Both the position numbers and the translations under genes were made by a program. Of a stretch of DNA of 64,000 nt, positions 63,946 to 64,000 are shown one piece after another. The stretch is from NCBI RefSeq assembly GCF_001447785.1, contig NW_015164188.1, positions 588,472-652,471 on the forward strand, written 5' to 3'. The notes under the pieces are model-generated. The model worked only from the letters and a program-made list of their open reading frames with translations. It was not told the origin of the DNA and made no database searches. Position 1 is the first letter of the stretch. Each line of letters starts with the position of its first letter. The stretch comes from Gekko japonicus (lineage: Eukaryota).

Positions 63946-64000
63946 GGCTGCGGTCACGCACACTAAATAATACACTTTCAATACACTTTCAATACACTTT

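Overview
Repeat-rich eukaryotic DNA, intronic or intergenic, from a squamate reptile. A gecko is the likely source, inferred from the Sauria SINE, Squam3-like SINEs, Bov-B and Penelope remnants. I recognise no host protein-coding gene. The window holds a decayed 7.4-kb L1-clade LINE inside an 18-bp TSD, which carries a 1-kb mosaic 5' tandem duplication and a solo LTR in ORF2. It also has two L1 3' fragments, two Bov-B (RTE) pieces (one 5'-inverted), a ~3-kb L2, CR1 tails, tRNA- and 5S-derived SINEs, a second solo LTR and many hAT-type (8-bp TSD) and PIF/Harbinger-type (3-bp TSD) MITEs. The most unusual structure is a spacer-less palindrome of at least 2.78 kb (1..2779). Its apex matches the short internal hairpin of a Harbinger-type MITE family, and its arms are identical near the apex but diverge distally. 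Other points of interest: Penelope-type minimal hammerhead ribozyme motifs, a Sauria-headed SINE with an L2-type tail, MITEs dense in transcription-factor motifs, and one strongly signalled minus-strand exon. Family names come from recognition by eye; no database was searched.
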